32,944 nt of DNA from a virus (taxonomy: Duplodnaviria; Caudoviricetes): IMG/VR virus record IMGVR_UViG_3300030102_003297, positions 1-32,944 of that record; one strand, 5' to 3'. Shown piece by piece: positions 1-8,430 of this stretch (within the stretch, counting starts at the first letter, position 1; the number at the start of each line of letters is the position of its first letter). Below the pieces are notes generated by a model that saw only the letters and a list, made by a program, of their open reading frames with translations, was not told where the DNA came from and searched no databases. The translations under genes and the position numbers were made by a program.

Positions 1-220
1 ACAAATTAATAAAAGTCCGAAAGGGTGAAACACAAGAGGGCTTTAAATTAGATATACCACAGATTGATGAGTATTTTAGATTTAAAAAAGCAAATTTCAA
101 TTTAATATTAGGCCACGCCAACGCAGGAAAAACAACTATTACATTATATTTGATGTTGTTATATACTGTTGCACATAAATTTAAATGGTTAGTTTTTTCA
201 AGCGAGAACGATCCTCATAC
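1..220 (+). repeat. Terminal direct repeat, copy 1 (circular assembly overlap)
   Basis: 1-220 matches 32725-32944 except at 5 positions (17, 65, 78, 140, 143). Confidence 0.97.
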
Positions 221-887
221 AATGATAAAAAAGCTAATCGAGTTTATGGAAGCCAAACCCATAAATTTAATTACAGAAGAAAAATTTAACGAACACGCAA
301 AATTTATTTATAAGTATTTTAAATTTGTTGAAGCACAAGAATTATATACATACAAAGAATTAATTAAGTTAGGTGCAGCAGTAAAAAAGGCCTGGTCATA
401 TGATGGCTTTTTAATTGATCCTTATAATTCACTAGCAATAGATCGTGATACATTAAGAGGTATAAATAAGCACGACTACGATTATCAGGCAACAACAGAA
501 ATGCGTAACTTTTGTAAAAAGCAAAATGTATCTATATGGCTAACAACCCACGCAGCTACAAATGCCCTTAGAATAAAACACCCAAACGGCCACGAATACC
601 AAGGCCACCCCATACCCCCTTTGGCAGCAGATGTTGAGGGTGGTGGTAAGTTTGTAAATCGTGCTGATGATTTTATTGTTATTCATCGCTATACGCAACA
701 CCCTACCGAATGGATGAACCTACAGATACATATACGCAAAGTAAAAGACAATGATACAGGGGGCAGACCCACACCAATTGACAGCCCCATAATCTTAAAA
801 AGCATAAAAAATAACGTTGGTTTTGAAATTAATGGAAAAAAAACAGTACTTTTATCTTTATTGGAAAGAATTAAAGCACCATTTTGA
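1..887 (+). CDS. DnaB-like (SF4) replicative helicase, 3' part; true start at 32697 across the circular junction (~304 aa)
   Basis: Frame is open from position 3 and contains Walker A GHANAGKTT upstream of the called ORF start; Walker B-like FLIDPYN; H3/H4-like IWLTTH and ADDFIVIHR, then QIHIRKVK. No primase domain. Confidence 0.85.
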   Translation, partial: KLIKVRKGETQEGFKLDIPQIDEYFRFKKANFNLILGHANAGKTTITLYLMLLYTVAHKFKWLVFSSENDPHTMIKKLIEFMEAKPINLITEEKFNEHAKFIYKYFKFVEAQELYTYKELIKLGAAVKKAWSYDGFLIDPYNSLAIDRDTLRGINKHDYDYQATTEMRNFCKKQNVSIWLTTHAATNALRIKHPNGHEYQGHPIPPLAADVEGGGKFVNRADDFIVIHRYTQHPTEWMNLQIHIRKVKDNDTGGRPTPIDSPIILKSIKNNVGFEINGKKTVLLSLLERIKAPF

Positions 888-1363
888 ATGTCTTAAAAAA
901 ACTAACCGACAAACATAAAGACTGGATAGCTATTGTGAAATCATTTGGAGTTGATGATTACGCAGAGGATCTTGTGCAAGAAATGTACTTGCGAGTAATT
1001 AAATATTTACGCAATGGTAAAGACTTGTCTTATGGTGATGACATTAACTACTATTATATTTATATGATGCTTAGACATATGACAACAAATTTGCAGATAA
1101 AAAAGTCAAAATTTAATGTTATAAGTATAGAAAACTATATAAATAGAATTGGCAAACAAACGCCTATTGATTATAATATAGAAGAAAAATATAAATTAGT
1201 AATTAAAAAATTAAATGAGTTACACTGGTACGACAAGCAAGTGTATGAAATAATTGAGGGTGGCACAAGCATAAAAGAGTTATCTGAAAAAAGCCACATT
1301 AGTTATTATAGTTTATATAGAACATACAACAAAGTAAAAAAAATATTAAAAGAAATTTTATAA
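884..1363 (+). CDS. Phage-encoded ECF/sigma70-like RNA polymerase sigma factor (region 2 + region 4 HTH)
   Basis: AEDLVQEMYLRV is the ECF region 2 signature; C-terminal SIKELSEKSHISYYSLYRTY is HTH-like; TTG start overlaps the helicase stop. Confidence 0.75.
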   Translation: MNVLKKLTDKHKDWIAIVKSFGVDDYAEDLVQEMYLRVIKYLRNGKDLSYGDDINYYYIYMMLRHMTTNLQIKKSKFNVISIENYINRIGKQTPIDYNIEEKYKLVIKKLNELHWYDKQVYEIIEGGTSIKELSEKSHISYYSLYRTYNKVKKILKEIL

Positions 1364-1380
1364 AAAAAAGTTTTTATACA

Positions 1381-2034
1381 GTGATACAAATAATAAATAA
1401 AGATTTTAGAGATTGTAAAATACCAAAAGGACTAACCATTACAGATCCTCCTTACAATCAAGATTATCATTACAACGGATATAAAGATAGAATCCTAGAA
1501 GATGATTATATAGATTTATTATCTAAAATACCCACTCCTTGTGTTATAATTCATTACCCTGAAGAAACAATAAACTTGTTACCTAAAGCTATGAAAGTAA
1601 AATGTGAACAAGTTGTATGTTGGGTTTACAATAGTAATACAGGCAAACAAAGTAGATTAATAAGTTGGTGGGGTTGCAAACCTGATTTTAAAAAAGTAAG
1701 ACAACCTTATAAAAACTTAAATGACAAACGAATACAAAAAAGAATAGCAGAGGGTAAAACAGGTGCAAAACTTTATGATTGGTGGAATATAAATCAGGTC
1801 AAAAATGTTAGCAAGGAAAAGACAGAACACCCTTGTCAGATACCTGAAGAAGTAATAGGCAAAATAATAAAAACTACAGCAGAAGAAAATCAAACAATAA
1901 TAGATGTTTTTGCAGGTAGTGGTACAACAAGTAAAGTAGCTTATGATTTAGGTTATGACACAATAAGCTATGAGATAGATAAAAAATATTGTGATATAAT
2001 AGAAAGGAGAATAAATATAAAACAAACATTATGA
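1381..2034 (+). CDS. DNA amino-methyltransferase (N6-adenine/N4-cytosine, beta class)
   Basis: Catalytic TDPPY near the N-terminus, HPCQIP, then SAM-binding DVFAGSGTT and YEID near the C-terminus (beta order). Confidence 0.92.
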   Translation: MIQIINKDFRDCKIPKGLTITDPPYNQDYHYNGYKDRILEDDYIDLLSKIPTPCVIIHYPEETINLLPKAMKVKCEQVVCWVYNSNTGKQSRLISWWGCKPDFKKVRQPYKNLNDKRIQKRIAEGKTGAKLYDWWNINQVKNVSKEKTEHPCQIPEEVIGKIIKTTAEENQTIIDVFAGSGTTSKVAYDLGYDTISYEIDKKYCDIIERRINIKQTL

Positions 2035-2156
2035 AATTAGGTGATTTAGTATATTATATAACAAAGTACACTGGTATTAGGTATGTATGGAAAAAAATAT
2101 ATCCAGATTGCAATTGTGATAAACGCAGAAAAAAATGGAACAAGATAAAGCTTTAG
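2031..2156 (+). CDS. Small hypothetical protein (41 aa, MKLGDLVYYITKYTGIR...DCNCDKRRKKWN), not in the ORF track
   Basis: ATGA overlap with the MTase stop, fills the gap to the next gene, has a CxC motif. Confidence 0.7.
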   Translation: MKLGDLVYYITKYTGIRYVWKKIYPDCNCDKRRKKWNKIKL

Positions 2157-2341
2157 ATAAAAAAACCTGGAAAGAGGTACACGCAAGAATTAACAGCGAA
2201 ATAACTCTAGAAGATTTTAAAATTATGTGTGAGCTTCACGCTAAATATTTGAATCATAAATACACTGAGCCGAATTTTTGTAGCTGCAATAATAAAGAGA
2301 TTAAAAGATGGATACAACAAGTAAATAATTGTCTGAGTTAA
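2135..2341 (+). CDS. Hypothetical protein (CSC motif)
   Basis: ORF tiled within the operon. Confidence 0.65.
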   Translation: MEQDKALDKKTWKEVHARINSEITLEDFKIMCELHAKYLNHKYTEPNFCSCNNKEIKRWIQQVNNCLS

Positions 2342-2745
2342 AAAATATACATAAATTTGAGAAAGCAGTATGTGCTATTTTAAATCTTGATGGCTGGAAC
2401 GTGCAGTGGTCTGGTGCAAAATATGAACATTATGACGCAAAAGGTTTAACACCAAAGGGCTACCCCTGTGTTATTGAAATGAAATTTAGAAAAGATTATT
2501 ATAAAAATAAATTATTAGAAAAATATAAATACGACAAGTTAATGGAAATGGATAAAGATATTGTTAAGCTATATTTTGTTAACGATCCGAATGGCAACTA
2601 TTTTTTTTGGCTTAATAATTTAGAATTAAAAGAAACAAAAGACTTTTGGTGCCCTGAAACTTCTTTTTGGAATAGCAGAAAAGTAAAAAAGAAATGCTAT
2701 TTATTAAACGAAAATCAAGCAGTAATTAAAAACTTAAATAAATGA
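2329..2745 (+). CDS. PD-(D/E)XK restriction-endonuclease-fold nuclease
   Basis: E...HYDA...VIEMKFR catalytic pattern. Confidence 0.65.
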   Translation: MSELKNIHKFEKAVCAILNLDGWNVQWSGAKYEHYDAKGLTPKGYPCVIEMKFRKDYYKNKLLEKYKYDKLMEMDKDIVKLYFVNDPNGNYFFWLNNLELKETKDFWCPETSFWNSRKVKKKCYLLNENQAVIKNLNK

Positions 2746-3065
2746 ACATAGATCAAAGAGTATATTATGAATCACAATTCAATTTAATTGGCCACACATT
2801 ATGCAAATATTTTGAAGAATTAAAAGCAGATGATCCTAAAAGAAAACAGCTAGGCTCAATGATGAGGTGCCTTACAAATATGTACACGTTTACAAATTCG
2901 TTAATGATTGACGATATGTATAAAACAAAAAGGCTACAACAATTAATTAATGATTATAATAAAGACACACAAAAATTAAATAATAAAATAAATGAACTCA
3001 ATACAACTATTAGATTCAACAACTTGGAACAAAGCAGATTTGCTGACCAAGATGATGAGCGATGA
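2742..3065 (+). CDS. Hypothetical protein with C-terminal coiled coil
   Basis: ATGA overlap with the previous stop; heptad-like C-terminus. Confidence 0.65.
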   Translation: MNIDQRVYYESQFNLIGHTLCKYFEELKADDPKRKQLGSMMRCLTNMYTFTNSLMIDDMYKTKRLQQLINDYNKDTQKLNNKINELNTTIRFNNLEQSRFADQDDER

Positions 3066-3798
3066 TTTTTACTACAACTATTTAGGCAAAGCAGCACTAA
3101 GCAGCTCTATTGTCAAGAAATTATTGAAAAGCCCAAAAAGTTATTATTACACTATGAAGTATGGCAACCCTATGACATCAGCATTAAGAATGGGTAGGCT
3201 TTTGCATCAATCAATCTTAGAGCCACACCTATTTGAAAAATACACTTTTGTAGAATGCAAATCAAGAACAGCAAAAGTATTTAGAGATACTATAAAAGAA
3301 AACGAAGGCAAAGAGCATACAATATTTACTGCAAAAGAAAGATCTGAAACCGAAAGACTGCAAGATGCGTTATTGAAAAATGAATCAGCACTAAAGTTAA
3401 TGGGTGATTCAGAGTTTGAAGTACCAGCTATTGATATGATTGATGGTATTCCATTTCGTGGTAAGGCTGATATAATTGCTGAAGATAAAATAGTAGATAT
3501 TAAAACCACCTCATCAATAGATAACTTTGAAAATAAAAGATCACAGTTTAGCGCATATGCCTTTGATTATGATATACAAGTTTACATTTATTGTCAGCTT
3601 TTTAAAATGTCGCCAAGTCAATTTAGTTTTCTTGTGATAGACAAACAAACACTTGACATTGGTATATTTGGAGTAAGCGAAGAATTTTATTTAAGTGGTA
3701 TGCAAAAAACTTTTCAAGCAATAGAAAGGTATAAACAATTTTTTAATAACGGTAACGAAATAGATTTAGATAGTTACACAATTAATGGTATATTATGA
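2992..3798 (+). CDS. RecE/exonuclease VIII-like PD-(D/E)XK exonuclease (DUF3799-like)
   Basis: LSSSIVKKLLKSP, GRLLHQSILEP, RGKADI...IVDIKTT and YDIQVYIY motifs. Confidence 0.85.
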   Translation: MNSIQLLDSTTWNKADLLTKMMSDDFYYNYLGKAALSSSIVKKLLKSPKSYYYTMKYGNPMTSALRMGRLLHQSILEPHLFEKYTFVECKSRTAKVFRDTIKENEGKEHTIFTAKERSETERLQDALLKNESALKLMGDSEFEVPAIDMIDGIPFRGKADIIAEDKIVDIKTTSSIDNFENKRSQFSAYAFDYDIQVYIYCQLFKMSPSQFSFLVIDKQTLDIGIFGVSEEFYLSGMQKTFQAIERYKQFFNNGNEIDLDSYTINGIL

Positions 3799-4367
3799 TA
3801 GTAGATATTAGCAAAGTAAAATACAACCCAAAAAACCCCAGAATAATTAAAGACTATAAATTTAAAAAGCTGGTAAAAAGCCTGAAAGATTTTCCTGAAA
3901 TGCTAGAAAAAAGGCCAATTGTAGTAGATGAGGATATGATTGTGCTTGGTGGTAATATGAGATTAAAGGCGTGCCACGCAGCAGGTTTTTCAACTGTTCA
4001 TATTTTAGTAGCAGAGGGCTGGACTGATGAACAAAAAGATGAATTTATAATAAAAGATAACAGCAGCTTTGGTGAATGGGACTGGGATATTTTAGCAAAC
4101 GAATGGAACCCAAGCCAGATAAATGACTGGGGTTTAGATCTGCCGAAGGTATATTTTGAAGATGAGGAAGAGCCACAGCTTGACAAAGATATATTTGATC
4201 ACGAGTTAGATACATATATTAATGCAAAAATAAAACAGATTACTTTATATTTTAATTCTGAAGAATATGAAAAAGCTGTAGGAGATTTAGAAAAAATCAG
4301 AGAGAAAGAAAATCTGACTGACAACACGCAAGTATTTAAATTTTTGATTAAGAAATATGGACTATAA
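3795..4367 (+). CDS. ParB/Srx N-terminal domain protein (no fused methyltransferase)
   Basis: NPKNPR, LVKSL, PIVVDEDMIVLGGNMRLKA, IIKDN...GEWDWDIL. Confidence 0.88.
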   Translation: MIVDISKVKYNPKNPRIIKDYKFKKLVKSLKDFPEMLEKRPIVVDEDMIVLGGNMRLKACHAAGFSTVHILVAEGWTDEQKDEFIIKDNSSFGEWDWDILANEWNPSQINDWGLDLPKVYFEDEEEPQLDKDIFDHELDTYINAKIKQITLYFNSEEYEKAVGDLEKIREKENLTDNTQVFKFLIKKYGL

Positions 4368-5100
4368 AATTGCCATACCCTCTTATAAAAGATCTGAAAC
4401 AATTAAAAACAAAACTTTAAAATTGTTAAATGATTATGGTATTGATAAAGAACGCATTACAATATTTGTAGCAAACAAACAGGAAGAAACAATTTATAAA
4501 GATAGCCTACAAGATAAATATAAAATTGTAGTAGGCGTGCCAACAATTGGAAAACAAAGAAACTTTATAGAAAAATACTACCAAGAGGGCACAAGATTAA
4601 TGATGTTTGATGATGATATAGAAAAGGTGCAAAGAAAGGTAAAAGCAAAACTTGTTGATGTTGTTGATTTAGAAAAAGAAGTTTTTTATAAAGGCTTTGA
4701 AACTTGCGAAATGATTAATGCAAAAACGTTTGGAATTTATGCAGCATCAAACCCATACTTTATGAAGAACAGAATATATACAAAAATTTGTTATATTATA
4801 GCGAGTATGTTTGGCGTTATTGTTGAACACGATCCTTTTTTAGAAAGGGTTACAAATCACGGAGAAGATTATGAATATAGCATTAGGCAGTATATAAAAA
4901 ACAAAAAGTTAGTTAGGCTAGATTATCTAACAGTAAAATCAAACTATTATAAAGAAGAAGGTGGCCTACAAGAAATAAGAACAAAGCAATATGTATATGA
5001 TTCAATATATCAAATTCAAAGTATGTTTCCAGAATTTTGTCAGATGTATATAAGAAAATCAACAGGCAACGCAGAATTAAGGTTAAAAGATATGAGATGA
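4357..5100 (+). CDS. GT-A fold glycosyltransferase, TET-associated (TAGT/GREB1-like) family
   Basis: IAIPSYKR, KQRNFI, DxD motif MFDDDI, GEDYEYSIR and GGLQ; adjacent to a TET/JBP-like gene. Confidence 0.85.
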   Translation: MDYKIAIPSYKRSETIKNKTLKLLNDYGIDKERITIFVANKQEETIYKDSLQDKYKIVVGVPTIGKQRNFIEKYYQEGTRLMMFDDDIEKVQRKVKAKLVDVVDLEKEVFYKGFETCEMINAKTFGIYAASNPYFMKNRIYTKICYIIASMFGVIVEHDPFLERVTNHGEDYEYSIRQYIKNKKLVRLDYLTVKSNYYKEEGGLQEIRTKQYVYDSIYQIQSMFPEFCQMYIRKSTGNAELRLKDMR

Positions 5101-5978
5101 AAAGAATAGACGTAGAAAGAAAAGAAATAAATAAAAAAGATTATATTAGAAGAACTGCTAGATTAAGTGATGTGTCAAGGCATATTAAAGAAGATACAAT
5201 TGTATATCATAATGGAAAGCCGATATTATTATACAAAGTATTATCAACACCACCAAAAGATGTTAGATGGGCAGTAAAAAATATTAAGTATTCAACAGGC
5301 AAAAGAACACACGGACTAGTAAACACAAGTGCGGTTTTCGGATATAGTCCAAGGCAAGAAAACAAACACGACTATTGCACCTCATCAGCAATGGGCTACA
5401 ACACACCAAAGCAACACTACATAATTAGCAACTTTGCCAAGCAAATACAAAAATATTATAAAGACTACTTTCACGAAACATATAAACAACATAAAGAAAA
5501 AGTAAAAGAAAAAGTAAAAGATCAATGGGTAATAAAAGATACAGTATTCACAAGTGGCATAGTAAATAAAAACAATCAACTTAAATACCATTTTGATAGT
5601 GGTAATTTTAAAAACGTATATAGCAATATGCTTGTATTTAAAAGTGATGTTATGGGTGGGCATTTAGTTATACCAGAAATAGATATATCATTAGAGGTTG
5701 CCGACAACAGCGTTACAATATTTGATGGTCAAGATTTATTGCACGGAGTTAGCCCAATTGATTATAACAACTCAAAGGCATATAGATATAGTATTGTTTA
5801 TTATTCTTTAGAACGTATGTGGCAGTGTATGACAATTGAAGAAGAAGTAGATAGAATCAGAGAAAAGAAAATGATACGAGAACAAAACAGATTGAAGCCA
5901 GAACATCTTGATACTCTGCGACAAAGAAAAAAAGAAGCCAAAGATTATAAAGATAAAATAGAAGATGAACAAAAGTGA
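5097..5978 (+). CDS. TET/JBP-like Fe(II)/2-oxoglutarate 5-methylpyrimidine dioxygenase (likely start 5097, 293 aa)
   Basis: HxD motif KYHFDSGN, GGHLVIPE, distal His LLHGVSPI, 2OG-binding RYSIVYY; ATG at 5097 overlaps the GT stop (ATGA). Confidence 0.85.
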   Translation: MKRIDVERKEINKKDYIRRTARLSDVSRHIKEDTIVYHNGKPILLYKVLSTPPKDVRWAVKNIKYSTGKRTHGLVNTSAVFGYSPRQENKHDYCTSSAMGYNTPKQHYIISNFAKQIQKYYKDYFHETYKQHKEKVKEKVKDQWVIKDTVFTSGIVNKNNQLKYHFDSGNFKNVYSNMLVFKSDVMGGHLVIPEIDISLEVADNSVTIFDGQDLLHGVSPIDYNNSKAYRYSIVYYSLERMWQCMTIEEEVDRIREKKMIREQNRLKPEHLDTLRQRKKEAKDYKDKIEDEQK

Positions 5979-6324
5979 ACACATAAAAAAGGCATTAATT
6001 GAAGCATTAGAAAAATCATTAGGCATAGTAACTACTGCGTGTAAACAAGTGGGCATTGGTAGAACTACCTTTTATAATTATTACAATGATGATTTGGAAT
6101 TTAAAGCACAAGTAGATGATATAGCTAATATGAGTTTGGACTTTGCCGAAAGCAAACTACTAGAGCAAATTAAAGACAACTCAACAGCAGCCACTATATT
6201 TTATTTAAAAACAAAAGGCAAGAAAAGAGGCTATGTGGAAAGACAAGAGATTACTGGTGCTGATGGTGTGCCAACAAATGTAAAAATAGAAATAATTAAA
6301 AATGCAGATAAGCCTAAAAACTAA
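5965..6324 (+). CDS. terS: Terminase small subunit
   Basis: N-terminal HTH (GIVTTACKQVGIGRTTFYNY), ATIFYLKTKGKKRGYVERQEI; directly upstream of terL. Confidence 0.85.
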   Translation: MNKSEHIKKALIEALEKSLGIVTTACKQVGIGRTTFYNYYNDDLEFKAQVDDIANMSLDFAESKLLEQIKDNSTAATIFYLKTKGKKRGYVERQEITGADGVPTNVKIEIIKNADKPKN

Positions 6325-7459
6325 TATTGTATTTGAACATTTAGTAAACAGCAAAAAAAAAATAATAGTCAATCAAGGTGGAACCAGATCAGGAAAAACA
6401 TTTAATATTATTTTATATATTATTTTTTATTATTGTCTTAATAACTCTGGTAAGACTATCACAATTTGTCGTAAGACTTACCCAGCATTAAGAGCAACTG
6501 TACTTAGAGATTTTATAAACATATTGCGTGAGCATAATTTATACAACGAAGATAATCACAACAAATCAAGCAGCGAGTATAACTTATTTGGAAACCTAAT
6601 TGAATTTATATCATTAGACCAGCCTGTAAAAGTACGAGGAAGAAAGCGTGATTTATTATTTATAAACGAAGCTAACGAATTATACTGGGAAGATTGGCAG
6701 CAATTGTTATTTAGAACAAGCGAAAAGATAATACTTGATTATAACCCAAGTGAAGAATATCACTGGATATACGACAAAATAATACCACGAGAAGATACAG
6801 ACTTTTTAAAAACCACATACAAAGACAACCCCTTTTTAGAACAATCATTAGTTGAAGAAATAGAAAGGCTACAATACACCGATGAACAATACTGGCAAAT
6901 ATATGGGCTGGGTGAAAAGGGAATAAGCAAAGCCACAATATTTAATTACGTGGAATGTAATCAGATACCAGAAGATGCCGAGTTTGTTTCTATGGGTATG
7001 GACTTTGGCTTTACAAACGATCCCACGGCATTAGTATCGGTATGGAAGAAAGAATCAAACCTATATATAAAAGAATTATTATACAGAACAATGATGACAA
7101 CAGGCGACATACATAGTTATTTTAAACAAACAATAACAAAAGAATTAATATATGCCGATAGTAGTGAGCCACGAATAATTGAAGAATTAAGGCGTATGGG
7201 CTGGAAGATCCGTGCTAGTTTAAAAGGCAGAGATAGCGTAAACGCAGGTATTGATTTATTGAAAAGGTTTAAGATTCATATACACAAAGATAGTACCAAT
7301 GCGATTCAGGAGTTCAGGAACTATAAATGGAAAGAGGATAAAACAGGTAAGCTAACCAACACGCCAGAAGATAAAAACAATCACATAACAGATGCAGTAA
7401 GATATGCAACCTACTCAATATTAAGCAAACCAAACTTTGGCAGGTACGCAATTCAATAG
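6302..7459 (+). CDS. terL: Terminase large subunit, PBSX/SPP1-like
   Basis: Walker A NQGGTRSGKT, Walker B-like LFINEANE, DYNP, RNase H nuclease GMDFGFTNDPT, YADSSEP and NHITDAVRY. Confidence 0.96.
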   Translation: MQISLKTNIVFEHLVNSKKKIIVNQGGTRSGKTFNIILYIIFYYCLNNSGKTITICRKTYPALRATVLRDFINILREHNLYNEDNHNKSSSEYNLFGNLIEFISLDQPVKVRGRKRDLLFINEANELYWEDWQQLLFRTSEKIILDYNPSEEYHWIYDKIIPREDTDFLKTTYKDNPFLEQSLVEEIERLQYTDEQYWQIYGLGEKGISKATIFNYVECNQIPEDAEFVSMGMDFGFTNDPTALVSVWKKESNLYIKELLYRTMMTTGDIHSYFKQTITKELIYADSSEPRIIEELRRMGWKIRASLKGRDSVNAGIDLLKRFKIHIHKDSTNAIQEFRNYKWKEDKTGKLTNTPEDKNNHITDAVRYATYSILSKPNFGRYAIQ

Positions 7460-7477
7460 AAAAATTTGGAAGATCCA

Positions 7478-7519
7478 AAAATATTTATTATTTTAGTGTT
7501 ATAAATAAATATAAATAAA
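7478..7519 (+). promoter_or_regulatory. Putative host-RNAP (early) promoter and A-rich leader, copy 1
   Basis: AAAATATTT..ATTATTTTAGT....TAAATAAATA recurs at ~30953-31003; TATTTTAG resembles the Bacteroidota -7 element TAnnTTTG. Confidence 0.6.
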
Positions 7520-7798
7520 ATGGAAAATAAATTTGAAATTGTCGGCTATCATCTCGACTTTTATTGTGGTCATAAATTTATGGGATCAATTAAAACCGAA
7601 AAACCAGAAGATGATGTATATGGATATTACAGCAGAAAAAAGTATGTATGTGATAAAGATATCAAGCTTGGTAAAAAAACTATCAGAAAAGGTATTGAAT
7701 ATTACACTGAGGTTGTGCCATTGATGGGTAAGTTCCAAGGAACGCAAGAAGAAAAAATACAACATATGCTTCAATCAAAAGTTAGCTATGGGATTTAA
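7520..7798 (+). CDS. Hypothetical early protein
   Basis: First ORF after the promoter motif, with an A-rich start context. Confidence 0.7.
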   Translation: MENKFEIVGYHLDFYCGHKFMGSIKTEKPEDDVYGYYSRKKYVCDKDIKLGKKTIRKGIEYYTEVVPLMGKFQGTQEEKIQHMLQSKVSYGI

Positions 7799-8123
7799 TA
7801 AATATCAATTTATAGAAGAACTACGAGAGCATCTTGCTGATGAGTTTGGTTGCCCACATTGTGCTGAAGAAAAAGGCGAGAAATATCAAGAACCAGATGC
7901 AGAAAAAGTATATGAATATATAAACGAATACTGTGCTAATTATACAATATATTATTACAAATGCTGGGATATATGCAAAGAATTATCTGCACATAATTTT
8001 TATATAGATGAGCTTGGCGTAAATGCAAAAGATATTACCGAACTAGCCTTTTGGTCATTGAGATTTTTTATTGATGAACAAATGGGCGTGTATAAACCAA
8101 AAGCAAAAGAAGATGTTAAATAA
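7788..8123 (+). CDS. Acidic protein, possibly an Ocr (T7 gp0.3)-like DNA mimic, with a CPHC insertion
   Basis: VYEYINEYCANYTIYYYKCWDI and KDITELA resemble the Ocr segments [21 protein letters not shown] and KDVIRIL by eye; 23 D/E vs 13 K/R. Confidence 0.5.
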   Translation: MGFNKYQFIEELREHLADEFGCPHCAEEKGEKYQEPDAEKVYEYINEYCANYTIYYYKCWDICKELSAHNFYIDELGVNAKDITELAFWSLRFFIDEQMGVYKPKAKEDVK

Positions 8124-8262
8124 ATATTATATGCATTCAGACGAGTATAGATCGTTACATAATATATTTTATAATGGGGCGTATTTCACTATAAAAGAAT
8201 TATTGGATATAAAAAATTTATCAGATAAAAGCAAGATTGATTTAATAAAAAAAAATTTATAA
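8113..8262 (+). CDS. Small hypothetical protein (start uncertain, 8071 or 8113)
   Basis: Tiles between neighbours; ATG at 8113 overlaps the end of the previous gene. Confidence 0.55.
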   Translation: MLNKYYMHSDEYRSLHNIFYNGAYFTIKELLDIKNLSDKSKIDLIKKNL

Positions 8263-8263
8263 A

Positions 8264-8398
8264 ATGTATCACTTTGCAAACAATGGTATAGAATACCTGC
8301 GAAAAAAAAGAAAACACCCAGCATTAAAAGATGGTTGGGATAGGTTGTCGAGAGAACAACAAGTACAAGAAATGCTTTACTGGAAACAAAAAAGGTAA
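8264..8398 (+). CDS. Small hypothetical protein (44 aa, MYHFANNGIEYLRKKRKHPALKDGWDRLSREQQ...), not in the ORF track
   Basis: Starts right after the previous stop and ends before the terminator. Confidence 0.6.
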   Translation: MYHFANNGIEYLRKKRKHPALKDGWDRLSREQQVQEMLYWKQKR

Positions 8399-8430
8399 AG
8401 TAGTTTTTTCATTATATGTTTAGTTTAATT

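Noticed and set aside
1381-2745. MTase plus PD-(D/E)XK nuclease as a restriction-modification pair
   Set aside because: They are separated by two small genes, and the 138 aa nuclease looks like a small phage resolvase-type enzyme; nothing links their specificities.
5037-5096. Called start of the dioxygenase at 5037
   Set aside because: It overlaps the GT by 64 nt; ATG 5097 gives the standard ATGA coupling.
5494-5520. 12 bp tandem duplication (AAAGAAAAAGTA) in the dioxygenase gene
   Set aside because: In-frame KEKVKEKVK low-complexity helix; no evidence of a separate function.
7533-7724. Alternative + frame ORF inside 7520-7798
   Set aside because: Fully nested, with a poor start context and no slippery site seen.
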